A stretch of 64,000 bases of DNA, taken from an uncultured Thermodesulfobacteriota bacterium (GTDB lineage: Bacteria > Desulfobacterota > WTBG01 > CAIYCZ01 > CAIRTM01). Shown piece after piece: positions 1 to 10,625 of the stretch (position 1 is the stretch's first letter; each line of letters opens with the position of its first letter). The stretch spans positions 5,220 to 69,219 of the forward strand of contig CAZMHH010000003.1 in assembly GCA_964566035.1 (NCBI GenBank). Direction: 5' to 3'. The notes under the pieces were generated by a model. That model was not told the origin of the DNA. It searched no databases and worked only from the letters and a program-made list of their open reading frames with translations. The position numbers and the translations under genes are program-made.

Positions 1-787
1 CACCGTATATAGCGTTGAATATGACACGGATGAATTGGTAAAAAAAGCAGCCAAAGCAGTTTCCCAAATGCCGCGGGTAAAAAAGGCTGTAATAAAGACA
101 ACAAAAACAGCCTTGGAATTTGATGATACCGGCATTGTCATGGAAACCAAAGCCTCTTATACAACGGCTCTTGATGGAGTTTTCAGTATTCCCGACATAC
201 TTCTTTATATTCAGGAAAGAACGGAACTCACGCGGTCAACCATTCTCGAAATATTATTGAAATCGGAACGGCTTGCCGAAATACTTATTAACCCCCAGCT
301 TTTTCTTGATAACGCCATTACGGCAATTCAAGATGTTCTGACGGATTTAATGATAGACGGCATTAAATATAAGAAATTAGGCTCGAAAGAATATGAAATG
401 CGTTTATTTGAAGATTATGAAATTCATGTTAATGAACTGACCTTTAAGATTCAAAAGCAAGATAAAACGATTTACAGCAATCTTGTACCGCTTGATTCCA
501 ATGTAGAATACGATTTCGCCAAAGAATGCGAGAACCGCGACGACATTCAATTTTATTTCAAGCTGCCCTTCTGGTTTAAGATAAAAACACCCATAGGAAA
601 TTATAATCCCGACTGGGCATTAATAAAAAAGAATGAAAAAACCGTTTATTTTGTGGCCGAAACTAAATCCACCGGACAAGAATTAAAGACAAGTGAAAAA
701 AGAAAAATAAAATGCGGACACGCACATTTTAATGAATTTGAGAACGTAAAATACAGAAAGGTATCGACAGTAGGAGAATTGGATTAA
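1..787 (+). CDS. res: Type III restriction-modification Res (endonuclease) subunit, C-terminal part; 5' end lies outside the window
   Basis: Frame is open from nt 2 (TVYSVEYDTDEL...). C-terminal motif YFKLPFWFKIKTPIGNYNPDWA...YFVAETK is the PD-(D/E)xK-type nuclease end typical of type III Res proteins. Confidence 0.85.
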   Translation, partial: TVYSVEYDTDELVKKAAKAVSQMPRVKKAVIKTTKTALEFDDTGIVMETKASYTTALDGVFSIPDILLYIQERTELTRSTILEILLKSERLAEILINPQLFLDNAITAIQDVLTDLMIDGIKYKKLGSKEYEMRLFEDYEIHVNELTFKIQKQDKTIYSNLVPLDSNVEYDFAKECENRDDIQFYFKLPFWFKIKTPIGNYNPDWALIKKNEKTVYFVAETKSTGQELKTSEKRKIKCGHAHFNEFENVKYRKVSTVGELD

Positions 788-944
788 GAACCGTTTACGG
801 ATAAATTTGGGACAGGTGTGTTTTCATCACCCATTACTTTTTCATAAAAAATATTACTAAACTTTATAAGACCTTTTCAGGTTCAGAGACTGTCAAAAGC
901 TAAAAAAGAGGGGTGCTTTATATTTTTCAGGTTTTTTAATAAAG

Positions 945-3626
945 CTAAGAAGGCTCTGTCTGATTTCCTTCTGGAGATATCAGGGGAAGATATATATCAA
1001 AAACAGACCCCAGAGGTACATTTTTTTTAAGTTTTATGCTGCCGCCATGAAGTGAAATTATCTGATTGCACTCGGCAAGACCAAGCCCCGTACCCCTTGT
1101 TTTTGTGGAAAAAAATGGTGTAAAAACCTCCGACATTCCTGATTCCGGTATGCCCACCCCTGTGTCAGACACAGTTACCCTGACCCATGATTCTTCAAGA
1201 AACGTCTGCAGTCCCAGTGTTCCTCCTTCAGGCATTGCTTCCAAGGCGTTGTTTACAAGGTTCTCAATTACTTTTTTTAGTTCGGTACTATCTGCTTTAA
1301 TCAGGGGTATTTCTTGTGCAAGTTCTGTTTTAACAGAAACATTTTTTTCCTGAAGCAGAACCTCAAAAATTTCTACTGTGCTTTTAACCAGTTCGTTAAT
1401 ATCAACTGTCTCAGGATTAAGTTTTTTCTCCCTGACATAGTTCAGCAGATCCTTTAAGGTGCCTTCAAGCCGGTCTATTTCATCCACCATTATATGAAGG
1501 TATTTTTTGTTGGGTGTTTCTTCTTTCTCTTTCTCTTTCTCTTTCTTCAGCATTCTTCGTGCAAAACCACCTATTGCAGATAGAGGATTCCTAATCCCGT
1601 GAGCAACGGTTGCTGCCATCTGACCCACGGCTGCAAGTTTTTCAGCATTTAGAAGTCTGTCTCTGTTATTTTCAATCTCTTTAATCTTTTCCTGGAGACT
1701 CTTGTAGAGATTAGACCTCTCTATTGCAATGCCTGCCTGAAGGGCAAAAGCATAAAGCCTGTCTGTATCCTTCTGAGTTATATGTTTGCCTGTTATGGCG
1801 TTGTCAGCCCATATTATACCGAACACTTCATCCTTGACAATCAATGGCACAATCGCAAAGGCATTGCACCGCAGCTTTTCAAGCAGTTCTTTTGGAACTT
1901 CAGGTTTGTTCCATACATCGGTTACATTGAATGCCTGCTTTTCTTTTACTGCTGTAACTATTAGATTATTCTCTTCGTTTAATGCAATACGAACTGTTTT
2001 AACAATGTTGTTGACATGGGTATCAACTTTTCCCGCTCTGTCCTTGTAAGATAAAAGTATCTCTTTAAGAGAGAGGTTTTTCCCGGTTATTTCACCCCAT
2101 ATCTTCCATGCATCATCGGCGTTTTCTGGGCCTATTGCTGTTCTACCCTCAATATGTGTTTTCTCCTGGTTCAGCAGAAAAAGAAAAGCTCTGTTAAAGC
2201 CCAGTCCCTCGTGCGCAGTTGCTCCGACAAGTATAATATCAAGCACCTCTTCCAGTTCCATAGTGCTTGAAAGAGCCTCGCTTATCTCTTTGAAAATAGA
2301 AAGTTCGGCTACTTTTTCCTGAAGATTGTGATGCACAACAATCAGGTCAGAGGTTCGTTTTCTTACTGTTTCTTCCAAATTTGCGGTATGATTATGAAGT
2401 TCTCTTTCAAGTCTTTTCCTCTCTGTTATATCCCTTAAAATGAGAGTAGCGTTTATTTCCCCATTTCTTTTGAAAAGTGATATGGTACATTCTACGATGA
2501 AAGATGTGCCGTCCTTTTTAACCCCTTTTGATTCAAACACTTTTCCGTACTGGGTAAAGTTCTGGTTTTCAATATCCTGCTTAACAAAACTCCAAATTTC
2601 AGCCGGGGCAATTTCTTTCAGGTGTTTGCCTGTAGCCTCGTTTTTTTCAAAAGCGAAAAGGTGTTCCGCTTTTCTGTTAAAATGGGTGACTATACCATCT
2701 TGATTGGTCAGTATGATAGCATCGCTTGCAGTATTGAAAAGGTTGCGGTAACGCTCCTCTGATATGATAAGCTCCCCTGTTCTGGTTTTTACCTCTTCTT
2801 CAAGTTTATCTGAATAGGATTTTATCTCATCTTCATGCTTTTTCCTTTCTGTTATATCCCTTATTATTGCTGTGATCATATTGCCTTGAGACGTTTTTAA
2901 GGGAGCAAAACCCCTTTCCACAGCAATCATTGTGCCGTCTTTTTTTAAACAGAAACCTTCTGTTATACCTTTAAGATATTCCTGCCCCGGCTCTCCAAAT
3001 GCCGATCGTAAAGAGTCATCTTCTTTGCCTCTTTTCTCCTCAGCCACAAGAACAGTGATTGGTTTTCCGATTATTTCTTCTTTACTGTAGCCAAAAAGTT
3101 TTTCCGCCTGTCTGTTTAAACTTACAATATTGCCATTGATGTTAAAAGTAATAATTGCATCATAGGCATTTTCAATAATCTGTCTGCACTGGGTTTCCAT
3201 TTCGTGCAGGAGTTTTTCATGCATGATTTTTTCTGTAACATCTTCAGAAATCTCAATGGCACCCCATATGTTTCCATCAGGACCTTTAAGTGGTGTAGCA
3301 GAAACCTTGTAAACAAGCCTGCCATCTTTTGACTCTATGAACTCTGTATGTTTTTCCCCGTCTTCAAAACTTTTTACTGCAGGACAGTTTTTACAGATAC
3401 TCTCGCTGTCTCCGTAAAAACATCTGTAGCATATCCGGGGAGAGGAAAAATCAGCCGATGGAAACCACTGTTTTATCATGGAGTTTGCCTCGACAACGTG
3501 GAAATCAGCGGTAATGAGGGCAAGTCCGTAGCTGGTTCCATCAATTAATGACTGAAGCAGGTTGGATTCCTGCTTTAATCTTTGAAACTCTTCTTTTAAA
3601 TATTGCAGTGTTGAAATGGAGTCCAT
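945..3626 (-). CDS. Multi-PAS + GAF sensor histidine kinase
   Basis: Three PAS-like segments ending in RDITERK-type linkers, a GAF segment (GLGFNRAFLFL), H-box AHGIRNPL, and N/G boxes (NLVNNALEAM, DTGVGI, GTGLGL). Confidence 0.92.
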   Translation of the reverse strand: MDSISTLQYLKEEFQRLKQESNLLQSLIDGTSYGLALITADFHVVEANSMIKQWFPSADFSSPRICYRCFYGDSESICKNCPAVKSFEDGEKHTEFIESKDGRLVYKVSATPLKGPDGNIWGAIEISEDVTEKIMHEKLLHEMETQCRQIIENAYDAIITFNINGNIVSLNRQAEKLFGYSKEEIIGKPITVLVAEEKRGKEDDSLRSAFGEPGQEYLKGITEGFCLKKDGTMIAVERGFAPLKTSQGNMITAIIRDITERKKHEDEIKSYSDKLEEEVKTRTGELIISEERYRNLFNTASDAIILTNQDGIVTHFNRKAEHLFAFEKNEATGKHLKEIAPAEIWSFVKQDIENQNFTQYGKVFESKGVKKDGTSFIVECTISLFKRNGEINATLILRDITERKRLERELHNHTANLEETVRKRTSDLIVVHHNLQEKVAELSIFKEISEALSSTMELEEVLDIILVGATAHEGLGFNRAFLFLLNQEKTHIEGRTAIGPENADDAWKIWGEITGKNLSLKEILLSYKDRAGKVDTHVNNIVKTVRIALNEENNLIVTAVKEKQAFNVTDVWNKPEVPKELLEKLRCNAFAIVPLIVKDEVFGIIWADNAITGKHITQKDTDRLYAFALQAGIAIERSNLYKSLQEKIKEIENNRDRLLNAEKLAAVGQMAATVAHGIRNPLSAIGGFARRMLKKEKEKEKEETPNKKYLHIMVDEIDRLEGTLKDLLNYVREKKLNPETVDINELVKSTVEIFEVLLQEKNVSVKTELAQEIPLIKADSTELKKVIENLVNNALEAMPEGGTLGLQTFLEESWVRVTVSDTGVGIPESGMSEVFTPFFSTKTRGTGLGLAECNQIISLHGGSIKLKKNVPLGSVFDIYLPLISPEGNQTEPS

Positions 3627-3641
3627 TTTTTTTCTAAAAGT

Positions 3642-4820
3642 TTAAAAATATTTTTTTGCCACAGTTTCAAATCCAAAAAGAGAATTTTCAATAACCCTGT
3701 CGTCCACACAATAGGCTATCCTGAAAAATCCGGGCATACCGAACCCGCTTCCAGGAACAACCAGTATCCTTTCTTCCTGTAACTCTGCAACAAACCTTAC
3801 ATCATCAACCGGGGTTTGGGGAAAAAGGTAAAAAGCCCCCTCCGGCTTTATAAAAGAATAGCCCATCTCAGATAGAGCGGAACATAGGCTGTCTCTTTTT
3901 CTTTTGTACTTTTCAACGTCAACTTTAACTGCCTGGACACTTTTTACCACGTTCTGCATTAAGGCAGGGGCATTTACAAAACCAAGCGTTCTTGTCGCAA
4001 ATACTATACCATTGAGCATATCATGCAGGGGTTCGAGCTCCGGATTGACGGCAATATAGCCTATTCTCTCTCCGGGTATTGACAAATCCTTTGAATATGA
4101 GTTTATAACAATGCTGTTTCTGTACTCCTTCATTATGCCGGGAACCTTTACGCCGTCATATACGATATTTCTGTAAGGCTCATCTGAGATTAGATATATC
4201 CGCCTGCCCAGTTTTGCAGAAGTTCTTTCAAGCAGCCTCCCAAGTTCTCTTATTGTATTTTCATCATAGAGCCTCCCTGTGGGGTTGTTGGGAGTGTTTA
4301 TCAGAAGAGCTTTTGTGCGCTCTGAAATTGATTTTTCTATCTCATCAAGATCGAGGGAAAAAGTCTCATCTGTTTTAACCGTTCGGCATGTTCCTCCATG
4401 ATTATCAATATAAAAATTATATTCAACAAAATAGGGTGCAGGCACTATAACCTCATCTCCAGGGTCAAGAATGGTCTTCAACACAACATTAAGACCGCCT
4501 CCGGCTCCGCAAGCCATAACAACATGATCCCCTGATAATTTCACGCCCTGTTCTATGGAAATCTGTCGAGCCAGAGACTGTCTTGTTTCCGGATAGCCTG
4601 CATTCGGCATATAAGCATGCCTTTTTGGAGTTCTTCTGTTTACAAAACTTTCAAGGGCATCAAAAAACTGTTCAGGTGGTTCAAGGTTCGGATTGCCGAG
4701 ACTGAAATCAAAGACATTTTCCTCTCCATATTTATTTTTCAGCATAGCGCCCTGTTCAAACATTTTTCTAATCCATGATGCTTTTTCCAAAAAATTCTTT
4801 ACTTTTTCTGATATTGCCAT
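3642..4820 (-). CDS. PLP-dependent class I aminotransferase (aspartate aminotransferase-like)
   Basis: Motifs SLGNP, NTPNNPTG, SDEPY, SYSKDLSIPGERIGY (PLP lysine). Confidence 0.9.
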   Translation of the reverse strand: MAISEKVKNFLEKASWIRKMFEQGAMLKNKYGEENVFDFSLGNPNLEPPEQFFDALESFVNRRTPKRHAYMPNAGYPETRQSLARQISIEQGVKLSGDHVVMACGAGGGLNVVLKTILDPGDEVIVPAPYFVEYNFYIDNHGGTCRTVKTDETFSLDLDEIEKSISERTKALLINTPNNPTGRLYDENTIRELGRLLERTSAKLGRRIYLISDEPYRNIVYDGVKVPGIMKEYRNSIVINSYSKDLSIPGERIGYIAVNPELEPLHDMLNGIVFATRTLGFVNAPALMQNVVKSVQAVKVDVEKYKRKRDSLCSALSEMGYSFIKPEGAFYLFPQTPVDDVRFVAELQEERILVVPGSGFGMPGFFRIAYCVDDRVIENSLFGFETVAKKYF

Positions 4821-5080
4821 AAAACCGTCCTGTAGAATTATTATAAATTTAAAAACTTAAATGGTGTTTTTGTTTCCCTTACAGCCCATAATAGGGTTAT
4901 TCAAAAGATAGATACAAGAAATTACGGGCTATAAGATTTCATAAATACACAACAAAAACTCTTCTTTATATATAAATAAAAAAAATTATTTATTCAAGAC
5001 TCTAAAAAGTGCTGCTTTGTTATACCTGATCTGAACGATTATTTCTTTCTTTGTCGCACCGAACAAGGCGACAGCAATGG

Positions 5081-7531
5081 TTATAGAATAAAAACAGGGT
5101 CAACATCAATTACAGTATTTATCCCTTCTTTTCTGGACAAACTTTCATGTCTGAAAATATCAGAGACAAAATCCCTGAGGGTTTTAGCGGATATTGATTT
5201 TACAAACATCTGAAATCTGTATTTAGAACGTATTTTTTCCCAAGGAGAGGGTGCTGGTCCCAGAATCTCAATAACATCCTTAAACCGTGGCATGCTGCTG
5301 ATTTTTCTTGCAATAGTTCCGGTCTTGTCTGCATGTTTTTCTGCTTTTTCTCTATCGTTTGATTCAAATCTAATGTTTACTATCCTTTTAAAAGGAGGGT
5401 ATCCGCCTGATTTTCTAAAGGTAATTTCATTATTGTAAAACGCTTTATAATCGTGATTACCTGCGCATAGAACCGAATAGTGGTTTGGAGAGTATGTCTG
5501 CACATACACATCTGCGTCAAGTTCTTCTCTCCCCGCCCTTCCAGCAGCCTGGGTTAAAAGCTGAAAAGCTCTTTCCCCTGCCCTGTAATCAGGAAAGTTA
5601 AGGGAATGGTCTGCACATACAATCCCCACAAGAGTAACCCAGGGCAGATGGTATCCTTTTACTATCATCTGGGTACCAATAAGAATGTCAATGTTTCTGT
5701 GATAGACATCATTTATTATTTTTCCCGCAGCACCTTTTTTTTTGGAAGTATCACTGTCAAGTCTTGCTATCTTTGCAGAAGGGAAGCACCGTTTTATTTC
5801 CGACTCAAGTCTTTCTGTTCCCCATCCCATGGGCCCCAGAAAATATTCTTCGCATTCAGGACATTTTTCCGGAACCGCCCTTGACATACTGCAGTAATGA
5901 CAGCAGAGCCTCTGTTTTTGCCTGTAGTATATAAAAGAGACGTCGCAGTTTTGACACTTGAAAACATATCCGCAGTTGCGGCAGAAATAGGAAGGGGAAA
6001 ATCCTCTGCGGTTGAGAAAAAGAAGGGTTTGCTGTTTCAGTTCAAGTCTTGTGGAAATTTCATGGGCGAGTTTTGGTGATATTATCGCCCCCTTATCTTT
6101 GTTTAATGAAGATTCAATTTTCATATCAAGAATTGTCACACGGGGCATGTCTCTCTTTTTTATTCTGTGGTTCAGAATGGTAAGGTTGTATTTCCCGTTG
6201 AGAGCATTGTAATAAGACTCTACAGAAGGGGTTGCAGAGCCAAGTATTACCACTGCTCCGAAAACCCTTGCTTTTACAATGGAAATATCCCTTGCGTTAT
6301 ACCGCAATCCGCTGTCCTGCTTATATCCCGGGTCGTGCTCTTCATCAACCACAATAATTCCAAGATTATTGAAAGGGGCAAATACAGCAGATCTTGCTCC
6401 GATTACAACCTTTATATCTCCTTTTTTAATCTTTCTCCATGCATCATATTTTTGAGCCGCTCCGATGCTGCTGTGAATCATTGTTGCAGCAGCAGACAGT
6501 CTTGAGGTTATTCGTTCGTAGAGCTGATTTGTAAGCGCAATTTCAGGAAGAAGAAAAAGACATTGTCTGCCCCTTTTCAGTGTTTCTTCCATAGCTCTTA
6601 TATATACCTCGGTTTTGCCACTTCCTGTAACACCATAGAGTAGAAAAGGTTTATAGTTCTGTTCTTCAACTGCCTCTTTTATGATCTTTACGGTTTCCTT
6701 CTGTTCACCGGTCAGTTCATTTACAGGTTCGTTAAAGGTTCCTTTTTCAATAATGAAAGACCTGGGGAGTTCCCTTTCCCTGCATATTATCAAGCCTTTT
6801 CTGCAAAGAGCATCAAGCTGCATTTTGCAATTACCAAGGGTCTCTTTGATAACAGTTGTTGAGACGGAACCCTTTTTTTCAACAAAAGAGAAGATCTGCT
6901 GCTGTTTCAGTGTCAATGACTGAGTTTTGGTGTTTGAAGAGACAGAGTAGTGTTTTTCCATTCTTATGCCGGTACCCGGTCTGCTTTTTTTAAAGTCCAT
7001 CTCTATTAATCCCCGGTCCTTAAGTGTGTTTATCACATGATTCATGCTTTTTATTCCGGTTTTTTTCTTAAGAGCAGTTGATGAGCATTGTCGGGAAAGT
7101 GCAAGTTCTTTTAAAACAGGATATCCGTATTCATCTCTGAATTTTTCAAGTTGTCTTGCTCCGGAAGGTGTAATTTTTAAAAAATTATCAAATTCTGCAT
7201 TCAGACCTGGAGGAAGAGCGGTCTGTATTGTCTGACCGAGTGGGTGCATGTAGTAAGTGGATATCCATTTGTAGAATTGAAGGTCTTTTTCCGAGAACAG
7301 AGGTTCACTGTCAAGTATATCTATAATTTCTTTCAGCCTCTGCTTTGGTTTTTCACCGGATGAACCTATTAAAAAACCTGTAATCCTTCTTTTACCAAAA
7401 GGCACAAGTGCGCGAACTCCTGTCAAAGCTCTGTCTGCAAGATTTTCAGGAACAAGATAAGAGTATGAAGAAAACACTGGCAGGGGAAGGGATATATCAA
7501 CTAATTGCAAATCAGGGTTATTAGCAGGCAT
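5081..7531 (-). CDS. priA: Primosomal protein N' (replication restart helicase)
   Basis: Walker A GVTGSGKTEVY, DEEH box, two CxxC...CxxC zinc modules, GTQMIVKG motif. Confidence 0.96.
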   Translation of the reverse strand: MPANNPDLQLVDISLPLPVFSSYSYLVPENLADRALTGVRALVPFGKRRITGFLIGSSGEKPKQRLKEIIDILDSEPLFSEKDLQFYKWISTYYMHPLGQTIQTALPPGLNAEFDNFLKITPSGARQLEKFRDEYGYPVLKELALSRQCSSTALKKKTGIKSMNHVINTLKDRGLIEMDFKKSRPGTGIRMEKHYSVSSNTKTQSLTLKQQQIFSFVEKKGSVSTTVIKETLGNCKMQLDALCRKGLIICRERELPRSFIIEKGTFNEPVNELTGEQKETVKIIKEAVEEQNYKPFLLYGVTGSGKTEVYIRAMEETLKRGRQCLFLLPEIALTNQLYERITSRLSAAATMIHSSIGAAQKYDAWRKIKKGDIKVVIGARSAVFAPFNNLGIIVVDEEHDPGYKQDSGLRYNARDISIVKARVFGAVVILGSATPSVESYYNALNGKYNLTILNHRIKKRDMPRVTILDMKIESSLNKDKGAIISPKLAHEISTRLELKQQTLLFLNRRGFSPSYFCRNCGYVFKCQNCDVSFIYYRQKQRLCCHYCSMSRAVPEKCPECEEYFLGPMGWGTERLESEIKRCFPSAKIARLDSDTSKKKGAAGKIINDVYHRNIDILIGTQMIVKGYHLPWVTLVGIVCADHSLNFPDYRAGERAFQLLTQAAGRAGREELDADVYVQTYSPNHYSVLCAGNHDYKAFYNNEITFRKSGGYPPFKRIVNIRFESNDREKAEKHADKTGTIARKISSMPRFKDVIEILGPAPSPWEKIRSKYRFQMFVKSISAKTLRDFVSDIFRHESLSRKEGINTVIDVDPVFIL

Positions 7532-7566
7532 TGTTTTCGCTTATGGGTAAAAAGGTGATTAATAGC

Positions 7567-8976
7567 TTATTCAAAGTATAACGGATTTGGAAGTTCTTTT
7601 ATGTTATTAAATTTTTTTCTAAACTCGTTTTCATTTAATGCATAGAGAGGGCTTATTTCAACTTCAACGTTGTCAAGACCCTTAAGATCAACATCCGCTT
7701 TTTCAAGCCACTTTCTGTGAAGAGATGACATTGACTTTAATGCTGTTTCCGGACTGTCACTGCCCTGCCTGTTCTTAACAGGAGAAAACTCCTCATGCCT
7801 GTTAACCAGCATGGTGACAGGGTTTTTGGCAAAACCAAGAGCATCGAATATAAACATCTCAAATTTTAAACCTTCTTTTGAAATTTTTTTAAGGTTTCCC
7901 GATTGAAGTTCAAGGCAGTTGATCTGCTTGATAGCGCTGTGATAGGGAAGAGAAAAAAGCCTTTTTTCCGTAAGCCTTTGAACAAATGCTCTGTTTAAAA
8001 TATGAATTGCTGTGTTTGCACTGCCAAAAAGGAGAGAGCCATCGGGGTTTCTCTTCTTTTTGAGATCATCATCAAGTTCACTATACTCGATGCAGCCGAG
8101 TTTTCCATTTATTTTGCCAATAACTCCTACTTTTTCAGCAGGGTCGGTTTTTTGGATAACTTTTGTTGACATTTCAGCTTCATTTTTCAGATGAGCTCCA
8201 ACAAAAACAGGATCTGCAATACGTACAAGAGGATTATCCACCTGAAAATAAAAGATCTCATCTATACCCTGCTTTTCCATCTCATCCAGCGCACCTGATC
8301 TCTTCAGAGCAAAGATACTTCCCCCGTGTCCGTCAGGGTTTCTGCATATTTTCTTATCAGGTGAAACAAGAAGCCTTCCGTCTAAACCAACTGATGGTAT
8401 TTCACCTTGAGAAAAAAAACTTATCTGACTGTTTTTTAATCCAAAAAATGAATGTTTTTCAAAAAAGTTTATTGTATTTTCATGATTTTCTGAAGAGGTC
8501 ATAATGTACCATTTAAAACTGACCTGTAGTTTTTGCTGAAGAGCAAGTATGTATTCAGAGAAAAGCTGAAAAAGGCTCTTTTTTTTGATTGGTGATACGG
8601 GGAAACAGCCTTTTGGATAATCATATCCAAGCCTTGATGCCTGTCCTCCTGCAACCAGAAAAAGGCCAACCCTGCCCTGTTTTATAAAAGATTCCCCCAG
8701 GTCGGAAAGTCCAGTCTTCTCTGTTTCAGAATCAACAGATAAAACCCTGGGTGGCTCAAAGTCTTTTTTAAGTTTTGAATCCGGTGGGTTTTTAAAAGAG
8801 TTATAGAGTCTGTCAATGAGATCAAAATCAATTTTCTGCAGATCATGTATGATTTTTTTCTGCTCCTGCTCTGTCATCAATTCAATACAGCGTAAAAGAT
8901 GGTCCTGGCGGTATTGAATAAGTTTTTGTTCAAGTTTATGTGGTATAAATATTCGGGGCATTTCGATAAATTCCAA
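7567..8976 (-). CDS. UDPGP type 1 / UDP-N-acetylglucosamine pyrophosphorylase-like nucleotidyltransferase
   Basis: Motifs LVAGGQASRLG, PDGHGG, QVDNPL, KFEMFIFD, EFSPVKN. Start uncertain (TTG 8976 or ATG 5 codons later). Confidence 0.85.
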   Translation of the reverse strand: MEFIEMPRIFIPHKLEQKLIQYRQDHLLRCIELMTEQEQKKIIHDLQKIDFDLIDRLYNSFKNPPDSKLKKDFEPPRVLSVDSETEKTGLSDLGESFIKQGRVGLFLVAGGQASRLGYDYPKGCFPVSPIKKKSLFQLFSEYILALQQKLQVSFKWYIMTSSENHENTINFFEKHSFFGLKNSQISFFSQGEIPSVGLDGRLLVSPDKKICRNPDGHGGSIFALKRSGALDEMEKQGIDEIFYFQVDNPLVRIADPVFVGAHLKNEAEMSTKVIQKTDPAEKVGVIGKINGKLGCIEYSELDDDLKKKRNPDGSLLFGSANTAIHILNRAFVQRLTEKRLFSLPYHSAIKQINCLELQSGNLKKISKEGLKFEMFIFDALGFAKNPVTMLVNRHEEFSPVKNRQGSDSPETALKSMSSLHRKWLEKADVDLKGLDNVEVEISPLYALNENEFRKKFNNIKELPNPLYFE

Positions 8977-9123
8977 AAAATAAAAAAGCTATACGGGTAA
9001 TCGGCTATGGAAAAACCGCCAAGATAAATTAGAATCAACGGGTTGCCAAATTATGGATTACGATCAAAAAAACAGATCGGAATTTATAGGCTTTTCTTAG
9101 CAGCTTAGTCATCAGCTTATAAG

Positions 9124-9483
9124 TTATTGCCGATTTATAAGTTTTTCGATCATTTGTATCAAACCTTCAAGATTTGCTGATTTTACAATATATGCATCCG
9201 ATGCCCAGGTTTCAAAATTCTGTTTATACTCTCCATAAGCTGTACAGAGTATTACCGGCATGTCTATGGTTTTTTCTCTTATTCTCTGCAACAGCTCAAT
9301 CCCGTCCATGCCTGGCATCTTAATGTCTATAACCATAAGATCGGGGTTGAATGAATCAAACTTTTCCAGGGCCTCTTCCCCGCTGCCCGCAAGGATAACT
9401 TCATAACCTCTTTCTTCAAACTCTTCCTGGTAGAGAAGTCTTATGCTTTCTTCATCGTCTGTGAACAGAATTTTTTTTGCCAT
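9124..9483 (-). CDS. Single-domain response regulator (REC)
   Basis: ILFTDDE, phospho-acceptor DIKMPGMDG, CTAY, and YIVKS lysine. Confidence 0.93.
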   Translation of the reverse strand: MAKKILFTDDEESIRLLYQEEFEERGYEVILAGSGEEALEKFDSFNPDLMVIDIKMPGMDGIELLQRIREKTIDMPVILCTAYGEYKQNFETWASDAYIVKSANLEGLIQMIEKLINRQ

Positions 9484-9496
9484 TATATAATGTCTC

Positions 9497-10498
9497 CTAT
9501 TCTGTTGATGTTTCTCTTAAATACTGAGCTGCCTGCTCAGGAGGTGTTGGGTTTATATAAAATCCCGATCCCCATTCAAAACCTGCAACCTTTGTCAGCC
9601 GTGGAATAATTTCAATATGCCAGTGATAATATTCGTTATCTGCAATGTCAATGGGAGATGTGTGGAGCATATAGTTATAGGGTGGGGATTCAAGGGCTTC
9701 ATTCTGTTTTTTTAGCACCATGCTTAAAATTTCCGCCATATCTCTGAAAAGGTTCTCAGGGGTGTTTTCAAAAGAGGCTATATGGTTTTTTGGTAATATG
9801 CAGGTCTCAAAGGGAAATCGAGAAGCATAAGGCTCAAAAGCAAGAAAAGATTCGTTTTCCATCACAACCCTGCTACCATTCTCAGCTTCCTGCTTAATAA
9901 TATCACAGTAAATACAGCTTTTCTTTGAAGTAAAGTATGTTTTTGAACCGTCAATCTCTTCCAAAGCTCTTTTAGGTACAACAGGCAGGGCTATAACTTG
10001 AGAATGAGGGTGTTCAAGAGAGGCTCCTGCAACTTCACCGTAATTTTTAAATATGGATATGTATTTAAACCTGACATCTTCCTTGAGATGAATGAGACGA
10101 TGTCTATATGCAAACATAATAAGTTCAAATTCATCAATCGTAAGCGTTGAAGCTGTAGCTGAATGATTCGGGGTTTCAACTATGACCTCATGTACACCTA
10201 TTCCTTTCATTTTGTTATAAATTCCTTCCTCCAGCAAGTCAGGCTCTCCCTGTGCAACAAGAGCCGGAAATTTATTAGGCACAACCCTGAGTTTCCAGCC
10301 TTTTGAATTAGGCGGGGAATCAGGGTCCCTGAAAGCGAATAGTTCTGGAGGGGTTTTATCTTCATTTCCGGGACACAAAGGACAGAACCCCCCATAGGAT
10401 TTTGTTTTATGCATAATCAGGTCAGTTGGTCTCTTTGCACGCTCTGTGGAAATAATCACCCACCTTCCAATAATTGGGTCTCTTCTCAATTCCGGCAC
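9497..10498 (-). CDS. galT: GalT-like nucleotidyltransferase (HIT-like HPH motif)
   Basis: ELRRDP...RAKRP N-terminus, CPLCPGNE, GASLEHPHSQ, YHWHIEI. GTG start with GGAGG RBS. Confidence 0.88.
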   Translation of the reverse strand: MPELRRDPIIGRWVIISTERAKRPTDLIMHKTKSYGGFCPLCPGNEDKTPPELFAFRDPDSPPNSKGWKLRVVPNKFPALVAQGEPDLLEEGIYNKMKGIGVHEVIVETPNHSATASTLTIDEFELIMFAYRHRLIHLKEDVRFKYISIFKNYGEVAGASLEHPHSQVIALPVVPKRALEEIDGSKTYFTSKKSCIYCDIIKQEAENGSRVVMENESFLAFEPYASRFPFETCILPKNHIASFENTPENLFRDMAEILSMVLKKQNEALESPPYNYMLHTSPIDIADNEYYHWHIEIIPRLTKVAGFEWGSGFYINPTPPEQAAQYLRETSTE

Positions 10499-10625
10499 TT
10501 TTTAAAACCTCCATAATAAAATTTCTGATTTATTAAGCTCGTTGTAAAATTAACCTATGAACGGGTATATAACATAAAAACATCAAACTGCTGTTATTTC
10601 CAGCTTTCTCGATCAGCCTGACAGC

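Noticed and set aside
1521-1547. (CTCTTT)x3 hexamer run encoding KEKEKE in the kinase DHp region
   Set aside because: In-frame and only three copies; at most minor slippage, with no phase-variation potential.
5051-5073. TGTCGC-N10-GCGACA hairpin after the priA stop
   Set aside because: No U-tract follows on the minus strand, so it is not called a terminator.
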